Source: Chrysomallon squamiferum (lineage: Eukaryota > Animalia > Mollusca). Taken from it: a stretch of 64,000 nucleotides of DNA. Below are positions 1 to 14,475 of this stretch, piece after piece. The notes beneath the pieces were generated by a model. The model did no database searches and was not told where the DNA came from. It saw nothing but the letters and a program-made list of their open reading frames with translations. Numbering within the stretch: position 1 is the first letter of the stretch; the number at the start of each line of letters is the position of its first letter. The translations under genes and the position numbers were made by a program. The stretch lies in contig CM022678.1 of the NCBI GenBank assembly GCA_012295275.1, positions 9,176,001 to 9,240,000 on the forward strand, given 5' to 3'.

Positions 1-432
1 ATTAAGTTAATATGGTATGTGTATAAAAGTAGTTAGTTGAAAATTAAAATTTTAAATGTCAGTGTTTGTATTCATAACTGTATTAAAACAAGCTTTTCAT
101 GTTGAGTGTGCTCAACACAGAGACAAAATAATATCTGAAATAATACTCAATTTGGCACAGTAAATTAATATATCTTGTTATTTGTTAAGAATTGCAGAAA
201 CTCAAGAACACTGAACAAGCATGTTCCTAATGTTCAATTTATAGGTCAACCACCGCTAGTCTTGATAAACCACGATGTTTTGAACATACACGGATTCGAA
301 AGTATGCTACGCTTTTCGAACCAATTTAAAGTGATGCTTGATAACCAGACTATTTTTTGTTTTTAAGTCGGAAACATTTTACTTGTTGAATATTCAATTT
401 AATAGCATTTTGGAAATATTTCACGAGAATCC
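1..432 (+). repeat. Third (direct) paralogous copy: 1-45 matches ~40697-40743 and ~52-432 matches ~43895-44297
   Basis: attaagttaatatggtatgtgtataaaagtagttag matches 40697. ORF 175-366 and ORF 44095-44340 share GQPxLVLINHDVLNIHGFExMLRFSNQFxVMLDNQTIF. Confidence 0.9.
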
Positions 433-599
433 TAATGTTTTCATTTCTTTTCTCTTTTATTTGACAAATTATAACTTCTGTATTAAGGTTTCATACCAAA
501 ATTGATTTTTATCTGACATACTAGTTGAATAAATGAGTTAATGTCAACTAATAATTATTTTATTTATAAGAAGGTCAGTGGTCCACTGAGATAAAGATA

Positions 600-1800
600 T
601 TCAATCTAAGCAAGTACAAAGCTAAGAAACATTTGTTTCTGCTTCACTTATCACACCTGCAGCATTAATTCTTTTCAGATTCAAGATTGTATACATTTTA
701 CTGCCCCTAATTAGCACTTACAACATCTATCAAGACAAGACAAAACTGCAATGCAAGCAGTATTGATAACACGTAAAAAGAACCTAATTTAAACAGTATT
801 TTCTGTAATGATACAAAACATATTAATTTTTATTTAACCCAGAAGACTGATTCTCTCAAAGACAAGTTTATACAAAAGAGTTTTTTTTTCTTCCATAAAA
901 TAAATGTCGAAATGTTATTATATTTGGTCTAAGTGTATAATATTTACTTCTCTCAAAAGAGAAAAATGTACAGTAAAAAATATAGTGGAACTCACCACCA
1001 ATATCAGAATTACATAAAAGCTATATTCAGCTTTCCCTTTCAATATTAAAACATCTACCAGATACCATAGGAAGTTTGGTAATACTTGTTCTGTATTTAC
1101 CCTTTCAGTATTAAACCATCTACCAGATACCATAGGAAGTTTGACATTACTGGTTCTATATTTACATAAAGCTCTAGCATTTTCCACTGGCAGCTGTAAA
1201 CATAATCTTCTAATTTAAATTCACCGTTAAGCATTGTATAATAAATTCCTTTTCATGACTCGAATTTATGTCTATTCCATTTTTGTAACAACTGATTAGA
1301 ACATGCTGTTACAAGATCTTCACTTCCACATATAGATATATATTACATAAACCACATTCATCCAGTATATCTTTTATACAAGATAATCAAGGATTTGATA
1401 AATTATCTATATCAATAAAAATATCTACAGCACACCAGACAATTTAAACTCTTTGCAGTTAACAATATATTTTTATGTATTTGCATATAAAGCCTTTCAG
1501 TTATATCTAAATTAATAAAACCCCAGATTTCACATCCATATAATACTTTAGGTTTTACAAACTTGTCTAACAAATGTAAGTGACAGTGAAGTAATAAACT
1601 GAATTCTCTACATTTTTTTTTAATATAGCAAACACTGCATCTGAACATCAGCTGATAAAATCTTTTTTAGTATTCGATGATCCAGATTTACTTAAAATAA
1701 GGAATAGGTATTTAACCTCGGTAACAATTTCTACCTCCATATTATTAGATATAAATCTAAATGTATTTGTTTTTAGATTGCCTTCTGGAAACAATCTTAA
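600..1800 (-). mobile_element. Decayed non-LTR retrotransposon, region C-terminal to RT (clade uncertain, RTEX/L2/CR1-group-like)
   Basis: ORF 1412-1648 KKCREFSL..C.LHLLDKFVKPKVLYGCEIWGF.NLDITER and ORF 918-1187 LCKYRTSNVKLPMVSGRW resemble the PILLYGCEIWG and FRTSNHKLPIETGRW motifs of invertebrate LINE ORF2. Confidence 0.75.
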
Positions 1801-2549
1801 TTTTTAAGTAGAACTACTCACTGCACAACTGCTCACCAGTAAAGTGATAAACTTTACAACAGTAGTGATAATCTCTTAACAATAAAATAGGATCTGCTAA
1901 AATCAATACAATATTTTTTCTTTCTTTTACTTTATCTTAGAAATATAAAGTGTTCTAAAAACAAGATATTAATAGATTTCTAAATATACTATAGTTGGTT
2001 CCTGTATTCCAAAACCACTTTTTCCACCAAATGTTGCATCATATATGTATATCTATATATATATATAGAGAGAGAGAAAGAGAAGATCTATTATAAACTT
2101 ACATATATAATGTAAACATATTACCTATGTATATAACTTCAGCTTAATTCTGTCAGACCGTTCCAACATTTATAGTTTGTGTCATAGTCACTGTACAGAA
2201 TTTAAATAGAGGAAGTGGTCAAACAGCTGACATGTCAGTTATTTAGATGGTGGGTTGTAACACTGACAGGTTCTCTCATTATCTCGTTTTCACTGGTGAT
2301 TAACTCAAATCCTGTACAACAATTACTATGTCCATATTATTAGATATAAATCTAAAAGTATTTGTTTTTTCTCACTGCACAACTAATCACAAGTAAAGTG
2401 ATAAACTTGGTAAAAGTGGTGATAATCTCTTAACAATAAACTAGGATATCCTGCACATGTCAAATAAAAACTATTACTATCTTAATTTGTTCATGTTGTT
2501 TATCATAACTAAAAAATACTAATAACATAACCAAAAAGATTTCACTTTG

Positions 2550-3100
2550 AAACCTACATTAATTTTCTTTCTTAAAATATGTCATTCTGAATATGTTCTT
2601 TCATTTTAATGTTATATTTGAAACAGCAGTAATTCTCACAGCTTCACTAGAAGGAAATCTAGGAAATAAAAGAACTGAGGCAAGCAATCTTATCTGTACT
2701 ATTACCAAGCAATTACACTATCAAGATGTTTGACAATATTATTTACATCCATCACTAACAAAGAACTGAAAGTATTGTCTGGTCAAATTGAATCAGTATT
2801 GTTGTTTTCGAGAAGGATCCTATATAAAATATCATTTCTATTAATTTACTAAAAGGAAATAAGAAAAATATGTACCATGCTTTAACTATTTTGAAGGAAC
2901 ATTTGATTCAGGTATGAAACTTGTAAAGATATCCAGTAAGACAAATTCTTGTGTAAGACTTTTATCATCTTAATGTACATCAAGCTATTTCAGTATTTGC
3001 ATTGTTAATTATTAAATACAGAAATTATAACTCAAGCTAAATACCTTGAACTTGTCTTAAGTAAGTCTGGTTCCTTTGTAAATATCAAGAAAGATTCACT
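2550..3100 (+). mobile_element. Highly decayed LINE RT fragment in opposite orientation
   Basis: Short motifs MYIKLF (~2973) and KYLELVLSKSGSFVNIKK (~3038-3092) resemble the RT pre-YADD and KYLG regions of the same LINE type. Confidence 0.45.
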
Positions 3101-5269
3101 TTGTTGAACTTCAAAGACTGTTTCCTATACTGAGAAAAGAAAAAGGTAGAGAATTTAATTTATGAACTGATATTCATCATATTGATAAGATTGTAAATAT
3201 ATATATTACTGTATGGATGTCATACAAATGCTAGATCACATTTATCATTTTGTTTTACAAAATGTATACTAGATGAATGTGACATGTGTAACATAAATTC
3301 ATGTACCAAAGTATGGTCAAAACTTGCTGTTAAAACAATATTATGCGATCGATTGTTACAAATATGGAATAATGATACATTTAATTTTAAGTGATTCAAA
3401 GTGTTAAGCTACAGACATGCACTAAATAAAAACAACAGTTACAATGTTTCCACTGGACTAGTTTATGCAGTCGACGTTTATTCTTGAACAAATGTTTCTA
3501 TTTATTGCCATTTGAAAATTGTTTTATTAGTTCCATACTGTATTTAAGTAATAATAAAAATACGGCTATCGTTGAAACAATTATAGGTGCACAACGTAAA
3601 CAAAGAATACCTTGTCACTATTTAACACAAAACGAACTAACTTGATGTTTTGCGAAAAATTCGTTCTACAATTTACAGCAAATATCTTGTAGATTGATTA
3701 CCTGATTGGGCGTTTATTTATTTATTTCCTTCCATTCATTTCCAAAATATACATGAAACATGTCTCGTGCTAACACCAATTCCGTGGTTTATCTCCCCCT
3801 TGCTCAACTTTGTACTGAATTAGTTTTCCTTCAAAATAAAGCGCGCACTCTAATATCAAAATGAAAGGTATTATTTCATTACACAGCTATGACCAGACGC
3901 ATTCATCGGAACGGCAACAAAAACAAACCAGGCGGATTAAACCGAATATTTCTCTTTGGTTTCAGTTATATTCATATAGTTTTTATTACCGTTATTTATT
4001 TTCGTATGCGGATATTTTAATTTTAATTTTATTATTATTATTATTGTAAAAGAAACTTTCAGGGGGACGTAACTCCCATTCTCCTTCAGATTTTAACTAT
4101 GCACTTCTTCAATTAAATTTAACATCACTTTTCCATCGGTCACAGGACAAATCCAATAACGTCAGTGTACAGTATAATAAGGTCAGAGATAAATCCTATC
4201 TACGTAAAGACTAGGTGGCCGGAGACAACTCCGTGCTAACTCTCGTCTAGAAAGAAAAACTTGCTTTATTCATCGACATAGTCATCCAACTGTTGTATAA
4301 CGTCATTTAAAAGTTTGATAACTACACAGAAATTAGAAGAAACACGTGACTAGTGTCCAGTTGACCACTGTCTTACCATTAGCCACTTACCTTCTCTTAC
4401 CTGTACCTTCTCAGAAACAGAAAAGCAGACTTCACAGTCTTGGAATAAAAATGGCTCATGCAGGAACGTTTCTTTTCAAAAGTTCTTGCATGAGCCATAT
4501 TGTTGTTTTAATTTAATTTTTATATTTATTTAATTTTATTTATGCCAATGATTTTATGGAATTCAATTTTTATGAGAATTCTTCTTTAGTATGAAAACTG
4601 CATGAAGTACTTTAGGATCAGACTTGCATAAATGTTTATCTTCGTGAACAAGTAAAGAAGAATGTTTACGATAGTTAATCATCACGTGAGACGTGATCCT
4701 GACTGGAGAGAACGTTGTCCACAGAGCTGCCGCAGTTGTCCAAAGATCGTACAGAACTGTATGAAACAAGCTATCTCCACGAGCGAGCTTTCAAAGAAAA
4801 AGATAATAGTTATAACAATGTATGAAATCGTCTCCAAAAATTGTATTTATGACAGTGACTTCTTAGAATTTAATTTTTATGACTATTATTCAAAAGATAT
4901 AAATTCTAAGACAGTTTCTGAAATGGAATACAATCATAACAGTCACAGCACAGTATTTAAATCAGTTTTAAGTTTTCTTTCCATTATTTGATGTTTTCAA
5001 CTACCCAGTTTCCAAGTTAATATTCTTAATTACTACTAATACAACTTTTCTTCTTCTTATTATTATTACTATTATTATTGTTACTGTTATTATTATTTCA
5101 AATTATTATTATTGTTGTTATTATTATTATTATTATTATTATTAAATCAATAACGTGTGTGTGCGTGTTTGCTGTCAGTCGCTAGGTTGTTTTCTTGATT
5201 TGTTACTTTTCCCTTTTTAAGATTAAAATTTGAGTTTCATGAATTCTTTCATTTGTTTATTTTTATTTT

Positions 5270-5302
<33 letters not shown>

Positions 5303-6139
5303 TTTTTTTTTTTTTTGAACTTTGAGAAAAGTGAGATAATCCCGAACGAAATTCCATAATTATTCAATAATATAACCGATAATCTGTAATTAATCTAATT
5401 TTAATACCATATAAAAGTGTGATAAAAACTGCTTCTTATTTTGACATCGATGGTTAAAATGGTCAGTGTAAATAGCGGTACTCTTTAGTTAAAAATCACT
5501 GTGCTTCTAAAATGTTCACTATTTCTCATTTAATTATATTATAAATAAATCAGTTTATTATTATTATTATCATTATTATACACTCTCTTTTTTTCAAAGA
5601 AGTATTTTGTTTTTAACTCGAAGGAAACAATATACTAAGAATAAATATAATAACGTTACGCGGCCCAAAATATGACATATCCAAAATCCTCAAAAATTCG
5701 CTAAGCTGAAGTTTGTCAAATTTGCTTAATAAAAGTGAATATTTTCAAATTTAAATTGACCTTTTTTAACTTGATTAATATGAAATTTCAGCAACATTTT
5801 GAACTTTATTAAACAATCTTTATTAGGTGTATATTTCTTTCACAGGCATTAAAATTAGAAATAATTTTTATTACCATCGGAAATTAAATATTTTATTTTT
5901 TGTTATAGCACAAAACATATTTATAATTAAAGATGCAGTGCAGATTCTAAACTGAGAAGAAAATGGTAGCCAGTTATTCAAGAAATCGGTCTTCTCTTAC
6001 AATATACACGGTTGGTGTCACCGCTACTCTCTAACTATGAATGTTCTGTGTATCACAATGTAACTAAAATCCCGCGTAAACTACTACACAAACAGTGCAC
6101 ACGTTATTAACATTTATTTCTGTAACTCAGTGGTAAAGT

Positions 6140-6470
6140 TATCAGTGTAAATAGCGTTATCCTTAAGAAAAACTGACACCTTATATTTTTACTTGTTTAT
6201 AATTATGTGATGTTATGTGATTTATAGTGTAAATAACGATATCCTTAATTTAAAATATCATATTATAGTGTGATATTATATAATTTATTCAGTAAATACC
6301 GGCATCCTTAATAAAAAAAATTATCGCCTTATATTTACTTATTTATAATTATGTGATGTTATATAATTTATTCGAGTAAGTAGCTGTATTCATAATTAAA
6401 AAAATATCACCTTATACTGACTTGTTTATAATTATGCTTTATGATTTATAGTGTAAACGGCACTCGTTTT
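6140..6470. repeat. Degenerate tandem repeat, about 5 units of variable length
   Basis: Recurring agtgtaaata.cg.tatccttaa...accttatatt.acttgtttataattatgtgatgttat; a related solo unit lies near 5464. Confidence 0.65.
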
Positions 6471-6532
6471 TGAAAATAAACTTGATAACGTTGTATACAT
6501 AATGCAGTATCATTTACGTTTTCTTCTATTTT

Positions 6533-6588
<56 letters not shown>

Positions 6589-7089
6589 TAAACTTTATAA
6601 AATTAAAATAAACTGAAAGTACGCTCTAAATTTCCCGGAATACAGGTATTCTCTTTAAACGATAGTATGTAAGATATTATAAAGGAAAAGTTGAGTGGGC
6701 GCGAAATTAGGCTGATATTTTTGTATTAACTGAATACAAACTATGACAGGGTCATATCAATCTTTTTCATTTTCAGTCTATCTATCTGTCTATCTGTCTG
6801 TCTGTCTGTCTATGGGGTACATATCAATCTTCCTATTAATCTATACGAAGGTCCTTTGTTCGGTCTATCTATCCGTCAAATCATCTCTGAATGTCCGTCA
6901 GTTTACAGTAATTCATCCTGGTCTCTGTATCTGTGTGTGTCTCTGTATTTATTAATCTCATCTTTCAACACCTTCTTTTCAATGATTCGTTTTCACATCA
7001 ACCCATTCAACCGTCAGTAAATCCTGAATCTACAAATCCTTCCACCAACCCACGAACTTGATCACTTCTTCAGTCAGTTTATCACGCAA

Positions 7090-7139
<50 letters not shown>

Positions 7140-8532
7140 TTATAGACGTAAGAGATTAATGTAAAGAGACGGACAGGACGTCTCTCGGTGGCCTTGAACA
7201 ACGTAGGCCTTCCCGTTGTAATTACACATAGATTACTGGTGACAAATGAAAACAGCTACCGAAATCTCTATGTCTATAGCCCAGTTTGCAAACAGTATTT
7301 CCCATTCTTTTTCTAAGGTTGATTACAAATAAAGCTGATAATTACAGATCTATTACATATCTAAGTTGTCTTGGAAAGCTTCTTAACTAGAGTTGTGTGT
7401 TAAAACAAATAATATACTATTTGAAGTGCTAGAAGAATTATTGTACTACGTTTTCACATTAAACTGATTTTACATGGAGATATTATGATCATGGTGTATA
7501 AAAATAAATCTTGCCTAAAACCGACTTTGTATATGACTGTGCGTGATGTGTGCGTGCAAAATATTGACGGTAGTTAGAAATATTTATGGGAACGATAGGT
7601 GTATCGCTGGGTTTTATCTTTTCTCAAGATAGATCTGAGATGTGTTTATTCGACATATTTATATTTCCCGCCGTTCTTTCTACGTCACTGGAAATCTTTA
7701 GCTGAAAATTGTTTCGTCAGTTTTACACTGAAATCAATGGCTGAAAAACGCAATCGTTTTGAAGAAAACTATAGCTTATTTTAATAGCTTTCATCAAAAG
7801 AATTTCACTGTTTTACTAGTAACGAAAATTAGGAAATATTGAACACAATACAAATGAAAATGAGACTAATTCCAGCTAACTCTCGTTACAATGCGGGTAC
7901 CTGTGTGTGAACGTGGATTTATGTATTTTTTTTTTTTTTTTGTAGTCTTCCAGTTTATTTGTACCCTTTTTTCACAGAGGTTTCAACGTTTTTCTGTTTT
8001 ACTGCTTTGCTGAATTAAACTAAACAAATCTAACAATTTTCTCAACATTAATATAAGCGGTCGAAATCAATCTAGTCAGCTACACACTTTTTTTCTCTTA
8101 AGTACAAATCTTTTTTATTTTCCGGTTTGCTGTCTTTACTTTCATGTTTTTATTTAACATTTCAGCACGTCAGGAAAAGACACCCGAAAAGGTGAAGATA
8201 CCCTTTATTTGATTAGTTTCTACTTTGATTGGATTATATGTTTCCATTCTCTCTGAGTTGTCATAGTTGTATATTTTTATATATATATATATATTTTTTT
8301 TTTAGACCATGTTTTCAGACCTATATCAAACATTTGTAAATTCCTGGACATCAGTAAGAAACTTATGCACCTTACTGTAGTGTGAACTGTAAGCTTTGTG
8401 ATTTTATTTGGTGCATAAATATAAATAAATAAAAAAGAAGAAAGAAAGAAAATGTAGGGGAAAAAAATAACAACACCGTTTATTTGAAGTTTACGTCAAT
8501 GATCGGCTAATAAAAAAAAAAAAAAAAAAAAA

Positions 8533-8578
<46 letters not shown>

Positions 8579-9031
8579 GCAATAATAATAATAAAAGAAC
8601 CACATCGATTATATTTTAATAAAGGTTGTTATGTTCCTTTATTTATTTGTTTTGAACTTTTTTTCTTTCTTATTTCAGGATTATATTTTCGGAAAAATGC
8701 GGGATGATTGTCCGGACTAATTTGATGTTCGAAGAATCTTCTACAGAACTGGTGTAATCGTATTATCATGCAACAAAAAAGTTGCTTAAAGTTTTTCATT
8801 TTGTGAAGCAGACAGGTAGTAATATTTATTATTAAATTGTTAATGTGTTTCGCCAGTGTTTGTACTAATTTGAACAGTATAAGCAAGAAATGTTAAGTCT
8901 TAATTTTGTTTTACCAATCAGCCTAACAGGGGCACATTTTGTGTGGCCAGTAATTAAATTTGTTTCAAAAGAAATTGATATGTGTAGCGCACACCAAAGT
9001 GAACACCACAAATTAATTTTTATTTTTATTA

Positions 9032-9078
<47 letters not shown>

Positions 9079-9144
9079 GTTTATATATATATATATATTT
9101 AATTAACTAATAAAACAATTAAAAGAAAATGTACTCATTTTCTT

Positions 9145-9490
9145 TGACAGGTTATTTATGATTTATTATTTTTAAAGATTTATGTTAAATTGCTTACTTG
9201 CTCTATCCATTATTAAACATATTAAAATGATTTTTTTAACCATATTAAAGTTTATAATGGGTCGGGTCCTAAATGTTTTCATATTATTCTAGCTAAATAC
9301 CTGTATAGTTCTATATTAACATTAAAAACTAATAAAGATCAATACAAATTTAAGAAAAATATTACCAAGTTATTTCACATGTAGACACTGTAAAATATTA
9401 ATAAAATTATTATTTTTTTAATATTTTACACACACACACACATACACACACACAAACAGAATTTGTAATCATAATCACAAAAGATATTAC
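9145..9490. repeat. Diverged direct paralog of ~42470-42800
   Basis: Shared atgtagacactgtaaaatattaataaaattat (~9379 and ~42675), agctaaatac and ataatcaca.aagata. Confidence 0.75.
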
Positions 9491-9792
9491 ACTCTCCATG
9501 CACAAAACACTACTAAAATGATTCTTTTTCTCCAAGAGACTGCTTTGTCAATGTGATACAACTGACCAGTACTGGGAGGATAAAGACCACTTCGTCCTTC
9601 CTTGACCATCTGTATTTGCCTGTCTCCCTCCTACACTGTCACGTTTATCTAGCTAAGTGTGTTAGACATGGTATGTATGTATGTGTGCGTGTGAATATGT
9701 GTTTTCTTATTGAGAGAAAATGGGTATGTATGTATAATGTGTGTGCAAGAGTGTGTATGTATTTCTGAGAGATAGATGAAAACTGGAAGTTT

Positions 9793-10050
9793 GATAGACA
9801 GACAGACACAGAGACAGACATACAGAGATATGTGTATAATGAGATGGATATATAATTAGTGAGATAGACTGACAGACACAGAGACAGACATACAGAGATA
9901 TGTGTATAATGAGATGGATATATAATAAGCGAGATAGACTGACAGACACAGAGACAGACATACAGAGATATGTGTATAATGAGATGCATATATAATAAGA
10001 GAGATGTGTATAATGAGAAGGGTATATAATTAGTGAGATAGACTGACAGA
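9793..10050. repeat. 70-bp minisatellite, about 3.5 copies (fewer in the right arm near 58310-58470)
   Basis: gatagac(t/a)gacagacacagagacagacatacagagatatgtgtataatgagatgg... starts at 9793, 9863 and 9933. Confidence 0.85.
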
Positions 10051-10913
10051 GAGGAAGAGATAAGATAACAGGCATACAGACAGACACAGAGATATATAGA
10101 GAGCTAAGCTGATAGGCATATGTGTATGAGTAATAAAGTGTTAGTAAGTTCATGTGTTAGAGAGAGAGGATGGGTTTTTGTACATGAGTAAGTGGATTAG
10201 AGTGTTTATGTTGGTAAATGTGTCTTACAGATAGATGGATAGACAGATAGAGAGAGAGAGAGATAGACAAACATATTAGCAGGGAAGTAAATTCATTGGT
10301 AGAGAGACACAATAAGGACATTTTGGAGATAACATTATTATGAATGAACATAGGGATAGAGCAGTGGACAGAAAGCTGTTTGTTTGGATTATCAATGACA
10401 TATTAATAGTAAAATAATTCCTAAAAGCTAAGAATACTAAATATATTTCAATATACTCAGTCTTTCAAGGTAATTTCTTTTTACAATTCAATATATTAAA
10501 ATATTAAAAATATTTCAGTATCCATGCAGAGTCATTTATTCCAAAATTTACTGTCATTTTTAAATACATTTTTAAATCTGGTTTTAAAAGTCCAATAAAA
10601 ATATTTTTCTTTAAACCTGCCTGTCTACATGAGAATCTCTCAGTTGTATATTTGTACATGTTTCTATCATCCTTTCTGTCTCAACTAACAAAACACACCA
10701 ACCTCTACCCATCTCATTGTCAGTTCTGTTTATCTATCCATCATCTACATGTACATGCTGCTGTCAGTCTATGTGTGTGTGTTTTGTCATCTCTCTCTCT
10801 TGCTCACACACACACACACACACTCATAAACTATTCTGTTATTTTGTAAAGTATTTATTTCAAAGAATCTAAAATCTAAAATCAACTTGTACACAGTCCA
10901 ATGTAATCAAACA

Positions 10914-10947
<34 letters not shown>

Positions 10948-11669
10948 GGTAGTAGTAGAAGTAATAGAAGTAATACTATTATTAAGACAAAAATCGAAAA
11001 GAGATAGTGCACGCTTTTCAAACAAATATGTAGACAAGATAAATCAATTAACAAAAGAATAAATAAATAAATAAATAAATAAATATGTTACGGTCTCGCT
11101 AAGTGAATTTTGTTCTTTTTCAGATTTTTCTTCAGCAGTGATAAAACTCGTTTGTATAGTCTACTCACACAGAAAAACGTTCAATCTCGAATATCATTTG
11201 GAAATTCCCAGATCTATTTTTGGAAAGTGCGCTTTTATAATTTTTACGAGAAAAAACGGAAGTTAATGTGAAACTTCTATTCTGTTTTTATGTTTCCATA
11301 TATTATATTATATTATATTGTATTACATTACATTATGTTAAGTTGTACAGGACTGTTGTACGCATGTTATAACAATGAATAATCAAAATCCCATCTTGTA
11401 TATAACTGCGACAAAACACATACGTAAGTACTCCATCTTTATTCTCCAGGAAATAAATAAATAAAGACAAATGATCTATGTAATATTTACAGATATATAT
11501 ACTATTTACGTTAAAAAAACACACAAAAAAACATGGGAGGGATACATATCCAAACACAACAACAACAACAACATATCAAAGAGGTATAACTCAACTAGAG
11601 TTCGGTAGATACAGCTCAGCGAAATAAAATATTTACTACTTCGCTTTTTTGTTGTTGTTTTTTTTTTTA

Positions 11670-11718
<49 letters not shown>

Positions 11719-14444
11719 TGTTTGTAGAGAGCTTGAAGAAATTTAAAATTTTTAAAATTAAAATTTAACAAATGCCTTTGTAGTTAAAAAAATATATATA
11801 TAAATATTTCTTCCTGCTATTTAACTTTTTTCGAGAACTGAGTGGAATAAAAAGAAACTGTGGAGTAGCTGGTAATAGATTATGAACTAAATTTAATAAT
11901 CTCATCAGTGACTTTCTTCAAGCCTGTTAGACATAAAACATTGATTCAGTTTTTAAATTATATAATGGACTGTCAAAACCGGTCTTTTATTAGTCCGGAT
12001 CTTTTGTAACGGAACTGATTCGAAATCCCGTCCAGCTATCAAAACGCTAATTCTGATTTCGGATGTAAATTGCAGAAGAAAAGAACAATTTAAATAGAAT
12101 CACTTCTTAAACAATGACTGCAATTTGTTACGACACAAAGATTCAGCAAACAAAAATATCTAAAATACTTAACCGATTTCAGCCAAATTTAGTTTTTTGT
12201 TTGTTAAAAAAAAAAAAAGCAACAACAAAACCCACAAAACAAAAGAGAAGCGAGTAAAACGGACGAAGCCCGTCACACTTCACACTGACAAATTAACACA
12301 GGCCACGTTTGTTCTCGTTTTTCTAGCCCACCTCTGTTGTACACTCTAACTACACCCTCCAGAGTTATCTCCCCTACAGCAGAATTATAAAATAAACAAC
12401 ACTTATTACAACAACACTGTTATTATATTCTTATGTACTTTAGGGCGCACATTTGCAAGAATTTTCTTGTTGATATTTATTTCTTGATGCCAGAGTGATG
12501 TAAAAATATTGCACTCTTACTGTACTTTTAAAAAGTGAACTGAAAGAAATTAAGAGAAGAAATTTCATGAAATCCACTGTAAAAAAATAAACACATTAAA
12601 TATTTGCAATACAGCTGAATAGACTGTTGGACACATATTTAAGTCTCTGTGTATTTAGGGTGTGTGTGTTCACATTAACATTTTTATTTATTTATTTATC
12701 TGCAATGTCTCTGGTATGTTTTGATAATAATGATAATTTTGATGTGATAATTATAACAGTAAATAGTCAAATAAATAAAGAAACAAAAATAAATAATACA
12801 ATACTTTCAAATATGAACACATTCATTTAAATGAACTGTTGTAGTATATTATCTGCTGCACTGTATCTCCTATATCCAAAACTACTATATTCTATATCTA
12901 CCTTATCCACAAATACTGTATCCCAAATCAACTATATTCCATATGTACTAGAGTCCTATAAACAAGATCCAACGTTACTTTATTCATACTTGATCTCAGA
13001 ATGATCGATGTAGTTCTTAGTGGTACCTACAGGTGTGATTCCAAGTTATGAACACATACAAGATAAAATTACATCATTTTATTTACCTGTTGAGAGGATT
13101 TGCAGCTTTTATACATCTGCAGGTGAAACTATAAACAGACATGGATAATTATTTAATTTTCTAACAGTTTAAAATTGACTTTGATTTTTCATTTTATTTT
13201 CTATGTTACAACACATTTCAGAAACGGAAAATTCAAATTATCTTATAGACCTTCTAATTAAAATACCTATGAATTTATCCATTTAAATAAATTTACTTAA
13301 TATAATTGTAAATGAAGAAACTATGATTATTAAGTACCTGATTTGGGTTAATATGTCAAAACAATATAAATAAAAATTATCCTCATAAATAGGAATTTGT
13401 TACTCCAGTTTGATAATGCTAGCTGAAATATTATAATTGAAAACTAAATAATTTGTAATATTTATTTCAACAAAAATAGTTTTTCATATGGCATATATAA
13501 TTTTAGAAAAACTTTTACAAAATATAGAATTTCTGATTTATCCAGTAAAACTATATTAATAAAATATACAACATGAAATAAAAAAGAATACAAACACATT
13601 TGTTTACAAAAAATGTTTTAAATTAATATATAATTTGACAGACAAAGTAATCTGCAAAATACTAATTAAGTAAATTTCTAATTTCAGAGATTATCTTTCA
13701 AATACATGCATATGTAGGTTTACACCTTTCCTTCCATTTTGTATTTTATTAACATACTTTTACTGGGTAAATCTTTACCACAAGTCTTGGTATTTTATAT
13801 TTGGGTTATATGATTAAGTAGATTATTCTTTCAAAAAAAAAAAATAAATAAATAAATAAATAAAAACTGTTAAAACACAGAAATATAAAAAATATATTTT
13901 AAAAAATAATAATAATATAAAACAAATAAAAAAAATCTTCCTTGCAATGAACACTTTTTATTATAAAACTTTTGTTTGTTTGTTTTTTTTAAACAAGAAA
14001 TCAATGATTTCTAAGATCAACCATATTCATCTTCTTTTCAAATTTGTATCATAAGAATTAATGTCATATTTTTCACCATTGTTTGAAATACACTTTGAAA
14101 TAATCATCATTTTCCCTATCATGTATTGTCTGAATGTTTTTATTTTTCTCACTCATTAGCATCATTTGAAATATTTTTTCTTGTTTAAGACTGCTGCAGA
14201 CTTGACTGTACTTGGTGCTGTGTCTGGTCAAACATTTTTCTCACTGCTGTGACTGACTGAAAAAAGAGGCAGAACTGAATCCAGCATCTGTTTCATGATT
14301 TCTGAATCAGTCTGGCATCAACTATCAAAACTTTGATAGCAAAAACTCAAATCTTCATTAAACTTGGCCACGGATTTTCATTTCTGCTTTCACATGAACT
14401 CCATAAAACCATCCTAAAAAAAAGGAAAATAATAATAATAATAA

Positions 14445-14475
<31 letters not shown>

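Noticed and set aside
4452-4472. Resemblance of the hairpin 5' arm (UGGCUCA...GCAGGAAC) to vertebrate miR-24
   Set aside because: The match is partial and gapped, and miR-24 is not expected in an invertebrate; treated as coincidence.
4563-4991. Overlapping ORFs of 68 and 109 aa in a CpG-rich patch
   Set aside because: No recognisable domain or supporting exon structure; more likely promoter or repeat DNA.
12627-12830. Near-identical ORF pairs (12627/55546, 10869/57147, 9707/58205) as conserved small genes
   Set aside because: Low-complexity peptides, some with non-ATG starts; the similarity simply reflects the inverted duplication.
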